Origin: Lama glama | Taxonomy: Eukaryota | NCBI GenBank assembly: GCA_028534125.1 | Contig: CM052817.1 | Span: 102,426,001 to 102,490,000 of the forward strand | Length of the DNA stretch: 64,000 nt | Direction of reading: 5' to 3' | Part shown: in pieces, positions 1-14,369 of the stretch | Numbering within the stretch: the stretch's first letter is position 1 | Layout: every line of letters starts with the position of its first letter | The notes under the pieces: generated by a model | What the model was told of the DNA's origin: nothing | Database searches by the model: none | The model's input: only the letters and a program-made list of their open reading frames with translations | Position numbers and translations under genes: made by a program

Positions 1-249
1 AGTGCCTGGCTCACAGCAGATGTGCAGCATATTTATGTTCAACGAATGGGGGAAGGAACTGGGTGCAAATGGCAGCAAAGTGCTAACTGGGAGAATGTAT
101 CACTCTAAGCCCTTAGTCTTTAATATGATGGCTAATTCTTATAATAAAATAATTCCATATAATTCATTATCCTGATGCAGATTAACAAGAAAAGATTTTA
201 AGTGAGTGTCAAAACTCTAAAGAAAAGCCAGAAGTAGATTTTGGCAAAT

Positions 250-325
250 ACACACACACACACACACACACATACACATACGTATACACACACACACATA
301 CACATACATATACACACATATATAT
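250..325. repeat. Compound (CA)n/(TA)n microsatellite
   Basis: Directly visible. Confidence 0.95.
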
Positions 326-344
326 TGCTTTACATTACATCCCT

Positions 345-685
345 GTATTCATTTTTTTTATAACTGGAAGTTTGTATCTTTTGACTGCCTTCATCTCAGT
401 CCTCGCCCACCCTCTCTGGTTATCACAAATCTGATCTCTTTTTCTGTGGTTGGTTGGTTGGTTGGTTTTTGAAGTATAATTGACCTACAACGCTATGTTA
501 GTTCCTGTTATACAACATAGTGATTTGATTTTTCTGTGCATTTGAAACTGATCACCATGGGAAGATTCGTCACTAGCCATCACCATACAAAGATGTTACA
601 GAGTTATTGACCACATTCCCTGCACTGTACATTTCATACCCGTGACTCATTTATTTTGCAGCCAGAAGTCTGTACCTCTTAAGTT
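345..685 (-). mobile_element. L1 3'UTR fragments
   Basis: taactggaagtttgta..., gaagtataattgacctacaa...tgttagttcctg, typical L1 3' termini. Confidence 0.7.
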
Positions 686-3600
686 TGTGCTCTCTTACTT
701 TAGACACAGAGGAAGAATTGAATCGGCATGAGCACATACTGGAAATCATTCTTAGATAGATACATTTCTTAATAAGCAGTGCCAAACTTGTAAAGACCAT
801 AGTTGGTTGTCTTTATTTTTGATTGTTCTAAATACTTGAAAATGTTAATGTGATATTTTTGCTTTTTGCCATTTCTATGTATTTTATTTGCAAACAATCA
901 TAGAACCCCACGTGACCTGGATAACAGGAGTGTGCGACAGGGACTTACTGTTGGGAGCTGAAGCAGAGTTCTCGAACTGTAGAGTATTTCACTAACAGGA
1001 GGAGAGTAAGACAGACCTGCTGTTGACCTTCATTTCACATGAAAATGACCGGAGTTTGACACCAAAATGACAGCTGGTTAAAACAGCTTGAGATTTCAAA
1101 GTGCTTGAGTATATATAAATATTATGACTGATCTCTTAAGTGTGTTGGAAAACACTTTAAGAAAGGTCCTTGGTTTAACAGTTGGCTACATTCTCCCCTT
1201 TTGTTTGGAGGGAAATATCCTTCCCCCTCCTCCAAAAAAAAAAAGTTTCATCTTCTGGACTTAAAGCAAGTAGAATAATTAAAAACATGTAGTTAAACTC
1301 TACAGAACCAAGACTGGAGGTTCATCCTGTGAATGTGAATGACCACCTTCTGCTCCAAATTAACTTTATGTAAAGAGATGCCAATAGCAATAGTATGTAG
1401 AAATATTTATTTTTGCTGCTTCCTTTTTTACAACGGAACCTGTTAGGGCAAGGAGAAGTCTCAGGGACCAACTGTATGTCATGACAGATCTTTCCTATAG
1501 TCTAGTCTCATGGTGTGCCAAAGGGCACACCTACTATCAAACCTCTGCTCCTTAAAGTTATCTGAGCTTTTAAACAAAATCTCATTCAAGCTACTGTTTA
1601 TGGTGAATATTGCATAATATCTACTTGGGGTCTTCTGTGCAGTTTTCTGTGGACACAGAAAGCTTAGGATGACAGAGTGCAGCGAATAGGAAGCAAGAGT
1701 GATAAACAAAAGCCAGAATGATGTAGTTTTGTTGGTGGACAGACTAGATTATCAGCAGTGCAGAGTTCAGGCAGAAGCTTTCCCATGAAGCTTGTAACGT
1801 GTCTGAAAGACGTTCGCATCAGTTAATTCAAGAAAGTGGAGTCTGGCTAGAGCCATGTAATCAGAGTGAGTGCAGATCTGAGGGGCGGAGAAAAGGCAGG
1901 AAGTGAAAGAAGAGGGAGACGGCATGGCTGGCTTCGGCTGAGATGCACAGTTTTACTTCTGTGTTTACTGAAAAAGATAGTGAGTCCGCAAGGGGCAGAA
2001 TTTAAACAATACAATGGAAAGTAGAATGAGAATTGTCAGCTTCCCACCCCAACTCCCAGTCCCTGATTGCCCTCCAGAAGGTAACTCTTTCTTGTAAATC
2101 CTTCTATGTTCTATGTGTGGGAAGTTTATATGCATTTATATACAACTTCTTTTTGGAAAAAAAGTAGTATTAGGTACAGTGCCTCCATTTCTCACACAGG
2201 TAGCATGCAAGTCATTGCTTTTTTAGTCTAATAGATTATAGTTTCATTCTTCCTAATGTCCTCAGTTCCTTTTCACAACTACATTATATTCTGTCCTATA
2301 AATGGGACAGTCCCCTGTGATGGACATTTGAGTTGTTTCCAAGTCCTTTGATCCTATAAATGGTGCTTCAGCCATAGCCTTATATGTACGAGGTCATATC
2401 TTTTTATGTCTCTGCTCAAAATATTACGTAGAGATGGAAAGACCAGAAAATAAAAAGTTGTCCTAAATAGATTGGACAGGCCTATTTATTCTGAGACCTA
2501 GAGAAACTAACATTAGGTGGTATTGACAAGAAAATAAAAGTTAACTAAGATTAATTGAGCTTCCTTGCTCTGTAAGTTGATGGGAGGCAAACAGCAACAT
2601 GCTTTTTGGTATTTTGGTGCTCATCTTCACAAAAACAAAAGTTCAAAGTTAAAGTAGCTAATGAAAGTGAATAAGCAGCAAATATAATGATCATCATGTA
2701 AAGCCAGCTGTTCTTTCAAGGGAAAACAATCCATGGTCGGTAGATATTCACTTTCTAACCGCACAATACATTGTGCGTCCAAGCCCTCTCACCGTCTCCA
2801 CCGCCACACCATAGGCACTTCGCGCAGGGCTTACTGCATGAGTTTCTCACTTGTCTCCCTGACTTCACCCTTGTCCCATTCAAGGCATTCCCGTGTGCAG
2901 CGGAGGTGATCTGCTCTCATTATAAGAGAAATACAAGCTACAAGGGGATGCCTTTGCCATCTCTTAGAGTGGCGAAGTTAAAAAATTCTGATCCTACATT
3001 ATGTTGCCAAGAAGTAGAGGATCATAGGCTTTCAACTCATCGGTGGGGGTACAAGTTAATTCACTCACTTTGGGGAACAATTTGGCAATATCCATCCAAA
3101 TTAAATGTATATAGAGACTTGCTGGCCTGCCTGTTTATTTCTGGGAATTTAGCCTTCAGGTATCTCACAGAAGGGCAAAGTGATATATGCATATTCAATG
3201 TGGTACATATATATATACACACATACATACACATATCTATGTATGTGTGTATCTGCTAAACGTCCATCAATGGAGAACTGATTTAAAATAAAGAATGGTA
3301 TGTCCATGCAATAATATTATACTATGTAGCTTTTGGTCAGCTCTGAACTGCTGTGAAAGGTGCTCCAAGATGGTTAAAGGAATAAAGTAAAATGCAAAAC
3401 AATATGTATATTACAATTTTTGTTTAAAAAAAAAAGAAAGGAAGAAAGAAAGAAAGAAAGAAAGTTTGGTCTGGGACAGAACTGAGTAGTTGTAAGACAA
3501 GCATGGGAGAGAGGTGATTTTTAATGAATACCCTTTATTGAACTTGATACTGTATGTAGTTTACACATTCAAGAAGAAAATACTTTTCTTTTAAAGAGTG

Positions 3601-4671
3601 ATCTTTAAAGAGTCAAAATATTGGGCCCAAGGCTTCTGTGCTTAGCATCTTTCTATGAGTTCCTTTGCGTTTAAGATTAAAACCCAGTCCAGGGTTTTAA
3701 TGTCAGGAATGAGAGACTGCACGCACCTTCATGTATATTTCTCCTGTCGCCTGAAATGCTCACTTCCTTTGCTTATGCTCTTCTTTCATCTGTGACTTTC
3801 ACGGAGAAAACGTCTCCAGTCTAAATTAGGCTCCCTTACTAGTCTCTCTCACAGAAGGATGAAATTATGTATTTATTTGTTCGGAGATCAGTGTCTGTCC
3901 TGTGCACCACTTTTTGCTCTACCAGGCTAGGGTAGCGGGAAAATCATTCTGTTAAGTCACAGGAGAGCTGAGTTCTGATCCTACCCCTGCAGAACTGTGG
4001 CCTGCAGCAAATCACTTCACTTCTCGGGGCTTCAGTTTTTTTCATTTGTAAAATGGGAAAACCACACTGGTTGATTTCTAAAGCCTTGTGATTGATGGTA
4101 TTAGAATGCTATGAGTGTGTGGTAATCGTGTGAAATACACATAAATCTTGAATGCTGGTGTGTTCTTTCTTATAATGTGAAATACACCTAAATATTGCAT
4201 GTCTGTGCTTTATGTTAATGAATGAAAGTTCAGTTAACTTCCTTCTTCAGAGTAACTTAACTTTATGATTACTCTTCCCAATATAATTGTTTGATTCCTT
4301 CCTTACCTTTTACAAATATGTCAGATACCTAGATATCCAGCTAACATTCCAAGATGGACTTACTATGCAGACAGGATACTCTAATATGCCAAACTCTAAT
4401 TTTTTTCTTTTAATAATCTCCTTGCCATGTTTTTATCCAGCATCTTTGACTTGAGTTATTAGATCACATAGCTCTTTTCTCATTCCCGTTTTCATTAAAT
4501 TATAAATCCACTAGATGGTGCATATGAGCAGAGATAAAGAGGAATTAGTTCATTTTTTTCTACTCTAGCTCAAGTTAAAAGTTTCTATTCAAGGGGAAGG
4601 CTAAAAATTTCTGATTACATTTTGGTTTTTAGAGCAAAGAAAAGATGTCTCCATCAAAAAAACATAACCAT

Positions 4672-4795
4672 AGTGTGTGTGCTTAGCATGCACAAGGTCC
4701 TGGGTTCAATCCTCAGTAGCTTCATTAAATAAACAAACAAACAAACAAACAAACAAATAATCTAATTACCCTGTGTCCCCCCAAAATAACCAAAA
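4672..4795 (+). mobile_element. 5'-truncated tRNA-derived SINE (Vic-1-like) with (AAAC)n
   Basis: gcttagcatgcacaaggtcctgggttcaatcctcagta. Confidence 0.8.
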
Positions 4796-5979
4796 ATGAT
4801 TTTCTTTAATAAAGTTTAAGATTTCTGTTGGCTATTAAAATAGTTGATTCTACAAATTGAATACTTGAACATTAGAAGAATGTTTCAAATAAATAAAATT
4901 TGACTCAATAAATGTGAGGGAACATTTTTGCCTTTTCCTCTCTTTCTGCTTTCTCAGATGTGAGAACATGACTCTCTTCTGTAAGAAGTTTTAATTGTCC
5001 AATTATTCCTCCATTCACTGACTCCTACTTAACAAATTCTGACCGTTGTTTCTCCTGTCATTTCTGAGAACTAACAGCGCCCTGTTGTATTAGAAAATTA
5101 ATCCTTTGTTCCATGGGGCCACCTGGAGTTATAGTTTGCTACTTTAGCAAATCCTTTTATTATAAAAAGGAAAGTGTTCTAATTTTTCTTTTTCTTCTTT
5201 AGCGCCTGGTCTGATGGCAGTGGTTGGAGGACGTCCCAAGGTGTAAGTTTGCTGACTGTACGCTGGGGTGTCTTCTATCTGTCGTTCCCCTTGGTGCAGC
5301 TTTCTGGAGGGCGAGGGCAGGGCAGATCAGGGGTCCGCGGCCTGCCCTCCTGGCACATCTTGGTCACAAATGTCCTGAGACTCACGGGAGCCGTGCCAGG
5401 GTTCCTGAACAGTGAGCGGGCCTTATCTGAGAATCAACTTTGTTTTTCCTGGAGGAACCAGACAGGTGAACTGGTCCCGGGGTTAAAGTTCTCAGGAGAT
5501 AAATGGCTTTTCTAAGGAATAGCATAAGGCGGAGGTAATCGATTCTTCCAATTGCTAATTTACAATGAGGGAAATTTGATTTGTTGACAAATGAAAGAGA
5601 ATTCTTGGGCTTAACATAACACAATTAGAGGAACGTGACCACCTCCCTTAGGTTTCTCCTTCTCCTGCCAGAATCCCTCGTTCAGTTTCTCCTGGCACAG
5701 AAGACAGTTCTTTCTGTTTGTAGAAAGTCAAGCACGTTCTTGTACTTCGGTGGAATTTTCCAGGCTGCTTTGAGCTCTGTTCCTTTGGGATAAGGTATGG
5801 GGCGGTTAGATGACTGGCTCTCGGTATGTATTTGTGTCAGTTTAATCAGGAACGCGTGGCTTCTCTCTCTTTCTGTCTAAAAGTCAGATAGGGCTGAAAA
5901 AGAAGAAAAAGATAAGGCCTTGGAAGAATTGTCTGTCCTGTTTACTCTTTCCTCTCTACTCTTTCCTGAACCCACTTCG

Positions 5980-7930
5980 AGAAGGGCTTCACCGGCCACC
6001 CTTCCTCCAGAAGTGCCCCTCCTCAGGGTCTCCCACAACCTTTGTTTGGTTTCATACCGAAGTCCATTACTGTCACCGGAGCATTGTTTGATACGGAGCA
6101 TTGTCTGACACTGCTAGTCACTCCTCTCCTCCTTGAAATACTTTCTTAACTTGGCTCCGAAGGTGCTGTGTCTTTTTTCTTTTTTTAAATTGATTAGAGT
6201 CATTTACGATGTGTCAGTTTCTGTGTAAAACAGTGTCCCGATCATACATATATATACATATATTCATTTTCATATCCTTTTTTCATTAGAAGTTATTACA
6301 AGATACTGAATGTAGTTCCCTGTGCTATATGGAAGAAACTTGTTTTTTGTCTGTTTTTATGTATAGTGGTAAAGTTAACATTTTTAACGATGGCCATTCT
6401 GATGGTGGGAGGGGGTGTACCTCACTGTAGTTTTGCATTTCTCTGATAATTAGCAATATTGAACATTTTTTTATGTGCCTGTTGGCCATTTGTATGTCTT
6501 CACTGGAGAATTGCTTGGTTAGGTCTTCTGCTCATTTTTGGATTGGGTTGTTTGTTTTTTGTTATTGAGTTGTATGAGCTGTCTGTATATTCTGGAAATT
6601 AAACCTTTTGCTGGTTGCTTCATTTGCAAATATTTTCTCCCATTCCATAGGTTGTCATTTTGTTTTGCTTATGGTTTCCTTTGCTGTGCAAAAGCTTCTA
6701 GGTTTGATTAGGTCCCATTTGTTTATTCTTGCTTTTATTTCAATGGCACTGTGTTTCCGTGGGGGTCTCTCACCTCCTCGTCTGATCCTCCTCCATCCCC
6801 TTTGCTGAATCTTCCTCTTCCTCCCTGACTTCTAAACATGGTGGCGCCTCAAGACATAGTCTTTGCACCTCTCTTCTCTTCCAGCGACACATACTGCCCC
6901 ATGGTCTCATCTTGTCTTTAACCTTCAGATACCACCTGTATGATAACGGCTTTCACATGTATTTCTCCAGCTTCTCTGTCTCCCTTAACCCTCAACCTCA
7001 TATATCAGTTTTTTACTTAACAACTCCACTTTGGAGGCCTAGGAAACACTTCAATTTTAACACACTGCAAACTGAAGCCCACCCCACTGCCATCCAACCA
7101 AGTCCCCCTCTTCTCAGTAAATGACAACTTCAAGCCAAAAACCTTTGTGTCATCCCTGCCTGCTCCCTTTTCTCGTGCCTTATCTACAATCCATCAGCAA
7201 TAGTTCCACGCCTGTGTCTTCAAAACATGTCAAAAATCTGCGCCCTGATGACCCCCACCGTGGTCACCCTGATTGCAGCCACTACCCCCTTGGTTATTGC
7301 AATAATCTCCTAACTCGTGTCCCTGTTTCTACTTCCCACAATCATTGATTCCCGAAAGAAGGTCATCCTTTAAAGGTGTTAAGCCGGACAATGTCTGTCC
7401 TTTGCTCCAAGTCCTTCATCTCACGTAAAGTAAAAGCCAAAGTCCTTCAAATGGTGTAGCGGGCTCTGCCCAGGCCCCGATGTCCCCTCCGACCATCTCC
7501 CAGGCACTCGCTCTGCTTCAGCTGCCCTGCCCTCCTTTCCAGGCTGCCGGAATGTCTTTGCCCTTTCTCCTCCCTCTGACTCAGGGGTTCACGGCCCTCT
7601 GCCTCACTTCAGGTCTTAGCTCAAAGGTCGAATCTCAAAGAGTACAACCTGGCCACACTATTTAATTTTGCCTAAAATCTTTGAACACCTCCTGTCCCCG
7701 TTCTGTGCTTCATTAGTCTTGAGGGCACCTGACATCTGTTTTACCTGTTTTCTTCATTATTATACTTCATTATTATACTCTCTGCCACCCCCGCAACACA
7801 CACCCTTAAATATAAGCCCCTTGAGGGCAGAAAATTCTGTTTATTTGCATTCATGGTGGTGCCCTTAACACTGGAGGGGTGCCTGCCACAGAGTAGGCCT
7901 GTAATAGATATTTGTAAAATTAATGCATGA
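5980..7930 (+). mobile_element. L2 remnant (interrupted by L1)
   Basis: L2-type motifs cactcctctcctccttgaaatacttt, ggcacctgacat, gtgcctgccacagagtaggc...taaaattaatgcatga. Confidence 0.65.
6172..6743 (-). mobile_element. Truncated, internally deleted L1 3' fragment inserted into an L2
   Basis: 3'UTR end (6180-6375) is joined directly to ORF2 sequence (gatggccattctga...aggtcccatttgtttatt) that matches 56557-56885. Confidence 0.8.
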
Positions 7931-8354
7931 TTAAAAAAAGTTTGAAATGGATACCCTCTTGTGCTAGGATGGAAACATTCTAAGAGTCAAAACTGTGAGA
8001 TTGGATGAACTTTTGCACGTTTGGTTGACTGTTCAGCAAATACTAATAGATCATCTACGCTGTGCCAGGCCTCGTCTGGGACTAAGCACAGAGAGGTGGG
8101 CAAAACATGGCCCCGTGCTCATAAAATGCCCTCCGCTTAAAATTCTATTTTGCATACAAAAAAGATATAAATAATAATATATATTCTTTCTATCAAAAAC
8201 ATAAAGAATAATGAGTTCTTGTATGCCCACGTTATACCCAAAGAAATAAAATATTATCAGTGCAGGTAAGTCCTCATTTTACTTTTCTCCAATTGCATCT
8301 CCTTCCTTGCTGGGGTAACTGCTATCCTGAATTTGGGACTCATCCTTCCCATGC

Positions 8355-8580
8355 AATTTTTTTAATTCTTATTTTTTATTGAAGTGTAGTCGGTTTACAA
8401 TGTTAGTTTCAGGTGTACAGCAAAGTGATTCAGTTATGCATATACATGCATTTTTTTTCAGGTTCTTTTCCATTACAGCTCATTACAGGATATTGAATAT
8501 AGTTCCCTGTGCTATACAGTAGGTCCTTATTGTTTATTTTATATATAGTAGTTTGTATCTGTACATCCCAAATTCCTAAA
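8355..8580 (-). mobile_element. L1 3' end fragment
   Basis: ttattgaagtgtagtcggtttacaatgttagtttcaggtgtacagcaaagtgattcag...ttgaatatagttccctgtgctatacag. Confidence 0.8.
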
Positions 8581-8671
8581 CCCATGCATTTTTAAAATAC
8601 TTTTGTTATACATTGACCCCTACACCACACATATTATTGTTATGTTTAAATGGTGTCAAAACACAGGTCTT

Positions 8672-8800
8672 GAGGGAGAGGGTAAAGCTCAGTGGTAGAG
8701 CACAGGCCTAGCATGCATGAGGTCCTGGGTTCAATCCCCAGTACCTCCATTAAATAAATAAACCTAGTTACCTCCTCCTCCCAGAAAAGAAACCAAAACC
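8672..8800 (+). mobile_element. tRNA-derived SINE (camelid Vic-1-like)
   Basis: agctcagtggtagag (A box) ... gggttcaatcccca (B box); TSD CACAGGTCTT at 8662-8671 and 8801-8810. Confidence 0.9.
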
Positions 8801-9829
8801 CACAGGTCTTTTTTTTTTCTCAGTATTATTGTGCTATTCATCTATGTCAATACGTGTAACCATTCACTTACTCTGCTGGATAGCATTCCAGTTACTTATC
8901 CATTCCCTTGTTCATGGACGTATAGATTGTTTCCAGGTTTTTGATATTATAAATGTGATTGCCTTAACATTCTAGACCAACAGAAATTTCTGCCCGGATG
9001 GAAATGTCTTGTATCTGTACTCTACAATACTGCAGCCACTAGCCACATATGGCTCCTGAGCATTTAGAATATGGCTAGTGTGACTCTGGGACCTAACTTT
9101 TAACTACTTAATTTTAATGAATGTGGTTAATGACCACTGTATTGGAGACCACAGTTCTGGACTATGTTTGTCTCTTTGGGTTCATATGAGAATTTATCTA
9201 GGGCAGTAATTCTCAATACTGAGACACTCAGTGTACTCATAACAAATATATTTTGTATCACCTCTTTTACTATCTTGAAATGAAATTTGTAAGTAATTTA
9301 ACTCATTTGCACACATTTAGAAAAATCAAATATATTTATTGTGATATAAAGTAGAAATACAAGAAAGCTAATAAATCAAATAACAGGTATTTCAATACAT
9401 CAATGGCCACAGATACTTAGCAGTGCATTAGGAGACAAACTGAAGTCATCTGGAAATGCAGACTAGCAGAGGCTCGTGATATTGGAAACTCAAACCTCGA
9501 AAGTGATGTTGCTATTGGTGATGTGAAAAACTCTTGATAAGTTTCTGAGCAAGATGAAATACAGTCTTCCCTTTACTAGAAGTTGCATCCATGGAAAATT
9601 TATATATATTAAAATCTTACAAAAATATTTTGGTATTTATACCTAAAACAAAGTTATGTTATAGTCTTAGATAAACGGGTTTCTCATCTGCATGAGTGTT
9701 CTAGTAGAACCTCTGAAGTCATGGAGGACCTTGGACAGTTCTTTTTTGAATGGAATGAGCCTTCAAGGTGCAGGATAAATGGGATACCTCGCTCCCACCT
9801 ACTACCTGACAGTAAACTCTCCATCATTC

Positions 9830-10008
9830 TTTTTTTTTTTTTTTAATTTTGAAAATTTTCTTTTTTTTTCTTTTCTTGGGGGAGGTTAATTAGGTTTACT
9901 TATTTATTTATTATTTATTTTTATTTTTTTGAGGTGGTCCTGGGGATGGAACCCAGGACCCTGTTCATGCTAAGCATGCACTCTACCACTTAAGCTATAC
10001 TCTCCCTT
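9830..10008 (-). mobile_element. tRNA-derived SINE (Vic-1-like)
   Basis: Reverse complement of the 8672 element with poly(T); flanks atcattctt / atcactctt. Confidence 0.88.
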
Positions 10009-10714
10009 ATATCACTCTTATGAACAAAAATGCCCCCCTGGTGTGGCCCCAGTCCTGTTGAATCCTACTGGGACATGTCTGGCACCAAATTACTGGGTCT
10101 TAAGAGATGAGCATTTTCAGCTTTATGTAATATATGCTTGTTCTCCAAAGTAACTTCTAATTACACCAAGTTCTCTGAAGTGTTTAGACCAAATTACACT
10201 CCTACCAGCAGGATATGAAATTTACCATTTCTCCATGCAGTTTTTACCTCTAAAGTTGCACTTTTCCTAGGTTACAGCTTTGTTGACCTCAACAAAGTTA
10301 GTTAGCTGCGGAAAAACATAACTTAGCTGTGCTCTAACTCTCTGTATGCTTCCAACCAAAGTAGGGCATCTCCTCCCTTTCTCAGGAAGCCCAGAGCAGC
10401 ATACCTGCTAACCTGAATGCAGGGAAGAGTCTTCTGCCATTTTGCTCACTGTACCTCTGGCAAGAAGTCCGTTACTGATCCTTGCTCCTCTCCACTAACC
10501 CTGAGGATAAATATTCCCGTCTCCTATCTGCCCTTTCCTCAGATTCCAAGGGGGTCTGGTAGGAGTCCCCTGGGTATTAAGAATTTGCACTAAAAAAAGA
10601 AATCTTGAAACCAGACTCTCAGGTTTCATAGAGCAAATGCAGAATGAAGTAAATGGAGCCAAGTCCACTATTACGGAGTGATAATGACCTGACCTTTACA
10701 CCTCTGACTACAAC

Positions 10715-11140
10715 TATAAAGCAATCTACTGCTGTAATGGCAAAATGCTCCACACTCAGTGGCTCACAATAATAGGCATTTATTCTCAAGCACATGGTCA
10801 ACTGCAGCTAGACTGACATAGGCTTAGCTGGGATGGGCAGTTCTGTTCCAAGTTGTGGGTTGGTTGGGCTGTGACATGGGTTCAGGTCTGCTCCACGTTT
10901 TTCATTCTGGGGCTCCAGGGCAGAGGCCACCAAGGCTTGCTCTTCCCCAGCAGATCACTAGAACACAAGAGCCTGAGTCCAACACTCCAGCATATTTAGA
11001 GCTGCTGTTGGTATCACACCTCTGATTTCCCAGTGGCCAAAGCATGTGGCATGGCCAAGCCCAAAGACCAGAAAACATACTTCATTCCAAGAGAGAGGTG
11101 GAGGGGGCTGAGTATTTGCTGAGCAATAACCTGATCCAAC
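10715..11140. mobile_element. MaLR (MLT1-like) LTR remnant
   Basis: ctcagtggctcacaataataggcatttattctca ... cagtggccaaagcatgtggcatggccaagccca. Confidence 0.6.
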
Positions 11141-11527
11141 CCAAAGCAGCAACCCTTTTTGTAATCAAATAGTCTGTGATCAATAGAACTTTTTTGGGTT
11201 TTATGGCCAAAACACAGCAAATATATCAAAGTTAATATCAAGAATTAACAGAATAACAACTAGAACTGAGCACACATGCTCTTTCTGTCATACCAAGGGC
11301 ACACACTCTGCCCACAGAGCCATTGTCTCCTTACTCCTCCTTCATGACAGAAGACAGAGCTGTTTGGTTTGGAGCATGGCCTCAAGTGTTTCTCCAGGGG
11401 CAAAAAATGGGGAAAGAAACCTCAGTTCTCCCTGCATCTTCCCCCTCTGCCAGATCAATCAGAATCAGTGCTCTCCATTGAATTTAAGAAACTTTTCTTG
11501 TTTCTCTCCCTTAAATGAATCAACTTC

Positions 11528-11745
11528 ATAAGTTAAAAAGATGTTTGCCACTATATATAAAAATAGATTTTAAAAAACCAAATTTCTTCTGTATAGCACA
11601 GAGAACTATATTCAATATCTTATAATAACCTTTAATGAAAAAGAATATGAAAATGAATATATGTATGCATATGCATGACTGGGACATTGCTGTACACCAG
11701 AAACTGACACATTGTAACTGACTGTATTTCAATTAAAAAAAAAGT
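11528..11745 (+). mobile_element. L1 3' end fragment with poly(A)
   Basis: tgtatagcacagagaactatattcaatatc...gacacattgtaactgactgtatttcaattaaaaaaaa; similar to 57410-57560. Confidence 0.85.
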
Positions 11746-12637
11746 CCATATCTTCATGTAAATACTATATAGTATTGAAAAGGCTTAGTATATACTTTAT
11801 GTAGCTGAACAACTTACAGTGATATTCAATAACATGCTTGAATCTCACAAACACACTGTTAAATAAAATAGGTCAGGAACAAAAGTTGATGTACTCTAAT
11901 TCTGTTTATATAAACTTCAAAAGTCAGGCAAAAATCAACTAGTGTTTTGAGATGCACATTTCAGTGGAAGACTATAAAGAAAAGCAAGGAAATGGTTTTC
12001 ATAAAAGTCAGGATAGTGATTACCTATATTGATGATGGTGGTGATTGGCAGAAGCAGGAGGAAACCTTCTCAGGTAACGTTGGAGGTGACTACGTAGGTA
12101 TTGTTTTGTGATAAATCATCAAACTGCATGTTTGTTCTTTGAACTTTTCTCTATAAGTATTATATTCTCTATAAAAGGTTGTAATGTCTAATAATCTCAA
12201 GATATTTGGTCCCATCAACTTAATCTTTACATGCCATAAAATTTAATAAGATATTTTAGCTCTAATTTCAACTCTTAGTTAATGCAGCCCACAAATGTTC
12301 AATGCCTTCTCTGTATTTCTGTTTGTTACTTTTGTGGGTTTTTCTTCTAATTGTTGTCTGTCCACTTTGCATAAGTAGATTTCCTTCCTACCATTTTATT
12401 TGTGATTAAGGTTAGACTTAAACGTTACGTCACAACAAAAGGTCATTAATCTCTGTCCATGCCTAAAAATGGTGCCCTAGCTCCTCTCAGACTTCTTTTA
12501 GATACCACTAGGTACTCACGTCATCCTAAGACTGGGTAAAGGATGCACTGGTGAAAATCCTTAGGTCGTACTAGAAAAACAACTTCAACATTTGTCGACC
12601 CACTAATGTTTGGTCTTTATGTATATAAAGACACTTT

Positions 12638-12693
12638 TGTTTGTTTGTTTGTTTTGGTTTTGGTTTGTTTGTTTTTTTGGAGGAGGTAATTAG

Positions 12694-12758
<65 letters not shown>

Positions 12759-12848
12759 TTACTTATTTAGTGGAGGTACTGGGGATCAAACCCATGACCT
12801 TCTGCATGCTAAGCATGTGCTCCATCATTGACCTATACCTTCCCACAC
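12638..12848 (-). mobile_element. tRNA-derived SINE (Vic-1-like) with an internal (TAT)n expansion
   Basis: ggaggtactggggatcaaaccc...gctaagcatgtgctc; flanks aaagacacttt / aaagatacttt. Confidence 0.88.
12695..12757. repeat. (TAT)n microsatellite
   Basis: Pure run of about 21 units inside a SINE linker. Confidence 0.97.
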
Positions 12849-13202
12849 AAAGATACTTTGTAATGAAGGAATCTCAGTTAAACAAGAAACAGATCAGCGT
12901 ATATGTCAACATATAACTAGATGGAGGTGAGAAGGGCATGACAAGTGAGCAGAGGTCTCTGGAAACCCCTTCCCTCTTTTCTGGGCCCCCGGATTTGTAA
13001 GCCTAATGTTTTTTGTCACTTCTTTTGCATTATATTTCTAAGTCTCCTGTTCTAAAACCATTTTTCTTCCTTTATCCCCCCAAAAAGTTTAAGGTAAGAG
13101 AGACTCATTAATCTGCTTTGATAGCATCTTAATTATACTTTCAAGCATGCGTAGTATGGATGGTTTAGAGAGAGGTTAGTCTTGATCAGTCTCCTTAACT
13201 AC

Positions 13203-13345
13203 TCTTGACCCTTGAAAAACCAGAGTTTGAACTGCACAGATCCACTTACATGCAGATGTTTTTCTATAGTAAATACTACTGTACTGAACAATCTATGGCT
13301 GGTTGAATCCGTGGATGCAGAACTAGCAGATATAGATCGAAAGTG
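13203..13345. mobile_element. Tigger-family DNA transposon remnant
   Basis: ttgacccttgaaaaaccagagtttgaactgcacagatccacttac...ggttgaatccgtggatgcagaac. Confidence 0.65.
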
Positions 13346-14369
13346 CATGAGGGTCTGAGAGACTAGGGCACAATCGAGGAAGCACAAGTAATTGAGTGTG
13401 TAAGGTTCAGGTCAGAAGAATTGGGAAAGGAGTCAGGAGAGCTGAACGGGGGCCTTGGGGTCAAGCTATGCAGGCAGTGGGAGTTACTGAAGGATATGAA
13501 GGATGTACAGACCATGATGCCCCTTGGCAGCAGGAAGGAGGCTATTTTGGAGGGGAAGGGGATGGTTAGCAATCATGAGAAGGGATGAGAAGGAGAGAAG
13601 GAAGGAAGTGAGGCTGTTAGATTCAAGAGATATTTACGACATAGTTTAGATGGAGCTTGTTGACTGGATATGAGGGGTGAGAGAGTAGTGGTAGGAAGTC
13701 GGCAAAGAAAAGCAGGGCTGGAGAGGGGTATGGGGGAGACTCCCAGGCTGTGTTCTGGGGGCTCGGGAGGACGGAGACCATGAATTAGAAGCTCCGGTGC
13801 CCAAGGCTGAACGACTTACCTCGTGTGACTTCAGGAGCACAGAGGACTGGATTGATCCACACGTGGGTAAGGACTGCAGAAGGACAAAGGAGCAAGAGGA
13901 GCAAGAAGTTGGAGGTACTGTTTAAAGAGCCAGGTTGGAGTTGTTGAATCAGAGAGAGGTGGGAAAGGAAGCAAAAGCAGAAGGTCTAATGTGTGCAGCA
14001 AAGAATAGGGCCTGAGACCCAATTCGCGTGGATACGCAGGTATAATTGGAGTGGTGAGGAGAATAGGAACTTGTGGGAAGAAAGCTGAACCGGATGGTTT
14101 AAGATTTTACAGGTGGAAGGGATGAGTTGCTGATCTCTGTGCTGAGATGCAGGCCATGGGAGCTGAAGAAGCCAAGGTGCTAGGTATCGGAAGGGTGGTT
14201 CATGTGAGCCTTAAAGAGGCAGACTTTGGATGGAGAGGAAAATCATAAGCCATGTTCCCAAATCTCTGATGCACACGAGCACTAAGAAGGGCTGGAGGAT
14301 AGTACAAGTGAGAGGCCCAAGTTTCAAAGAAGGATTTTCACAGGAGATCGGAGGAATACCGAGTGGGCG

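Noticed and set aside
5180..5250. Possible 40-nt exon (polypyrimidine-AG at 5202, GTAAGT at 5243)
   Set aside because: No partner exons or recognisable coding similarity; such signals occur by chance.
12641..12916. Poly-tyrosine ORF
   Set aside because: Translation of a (TAT)n microsatellite inside a SINE.
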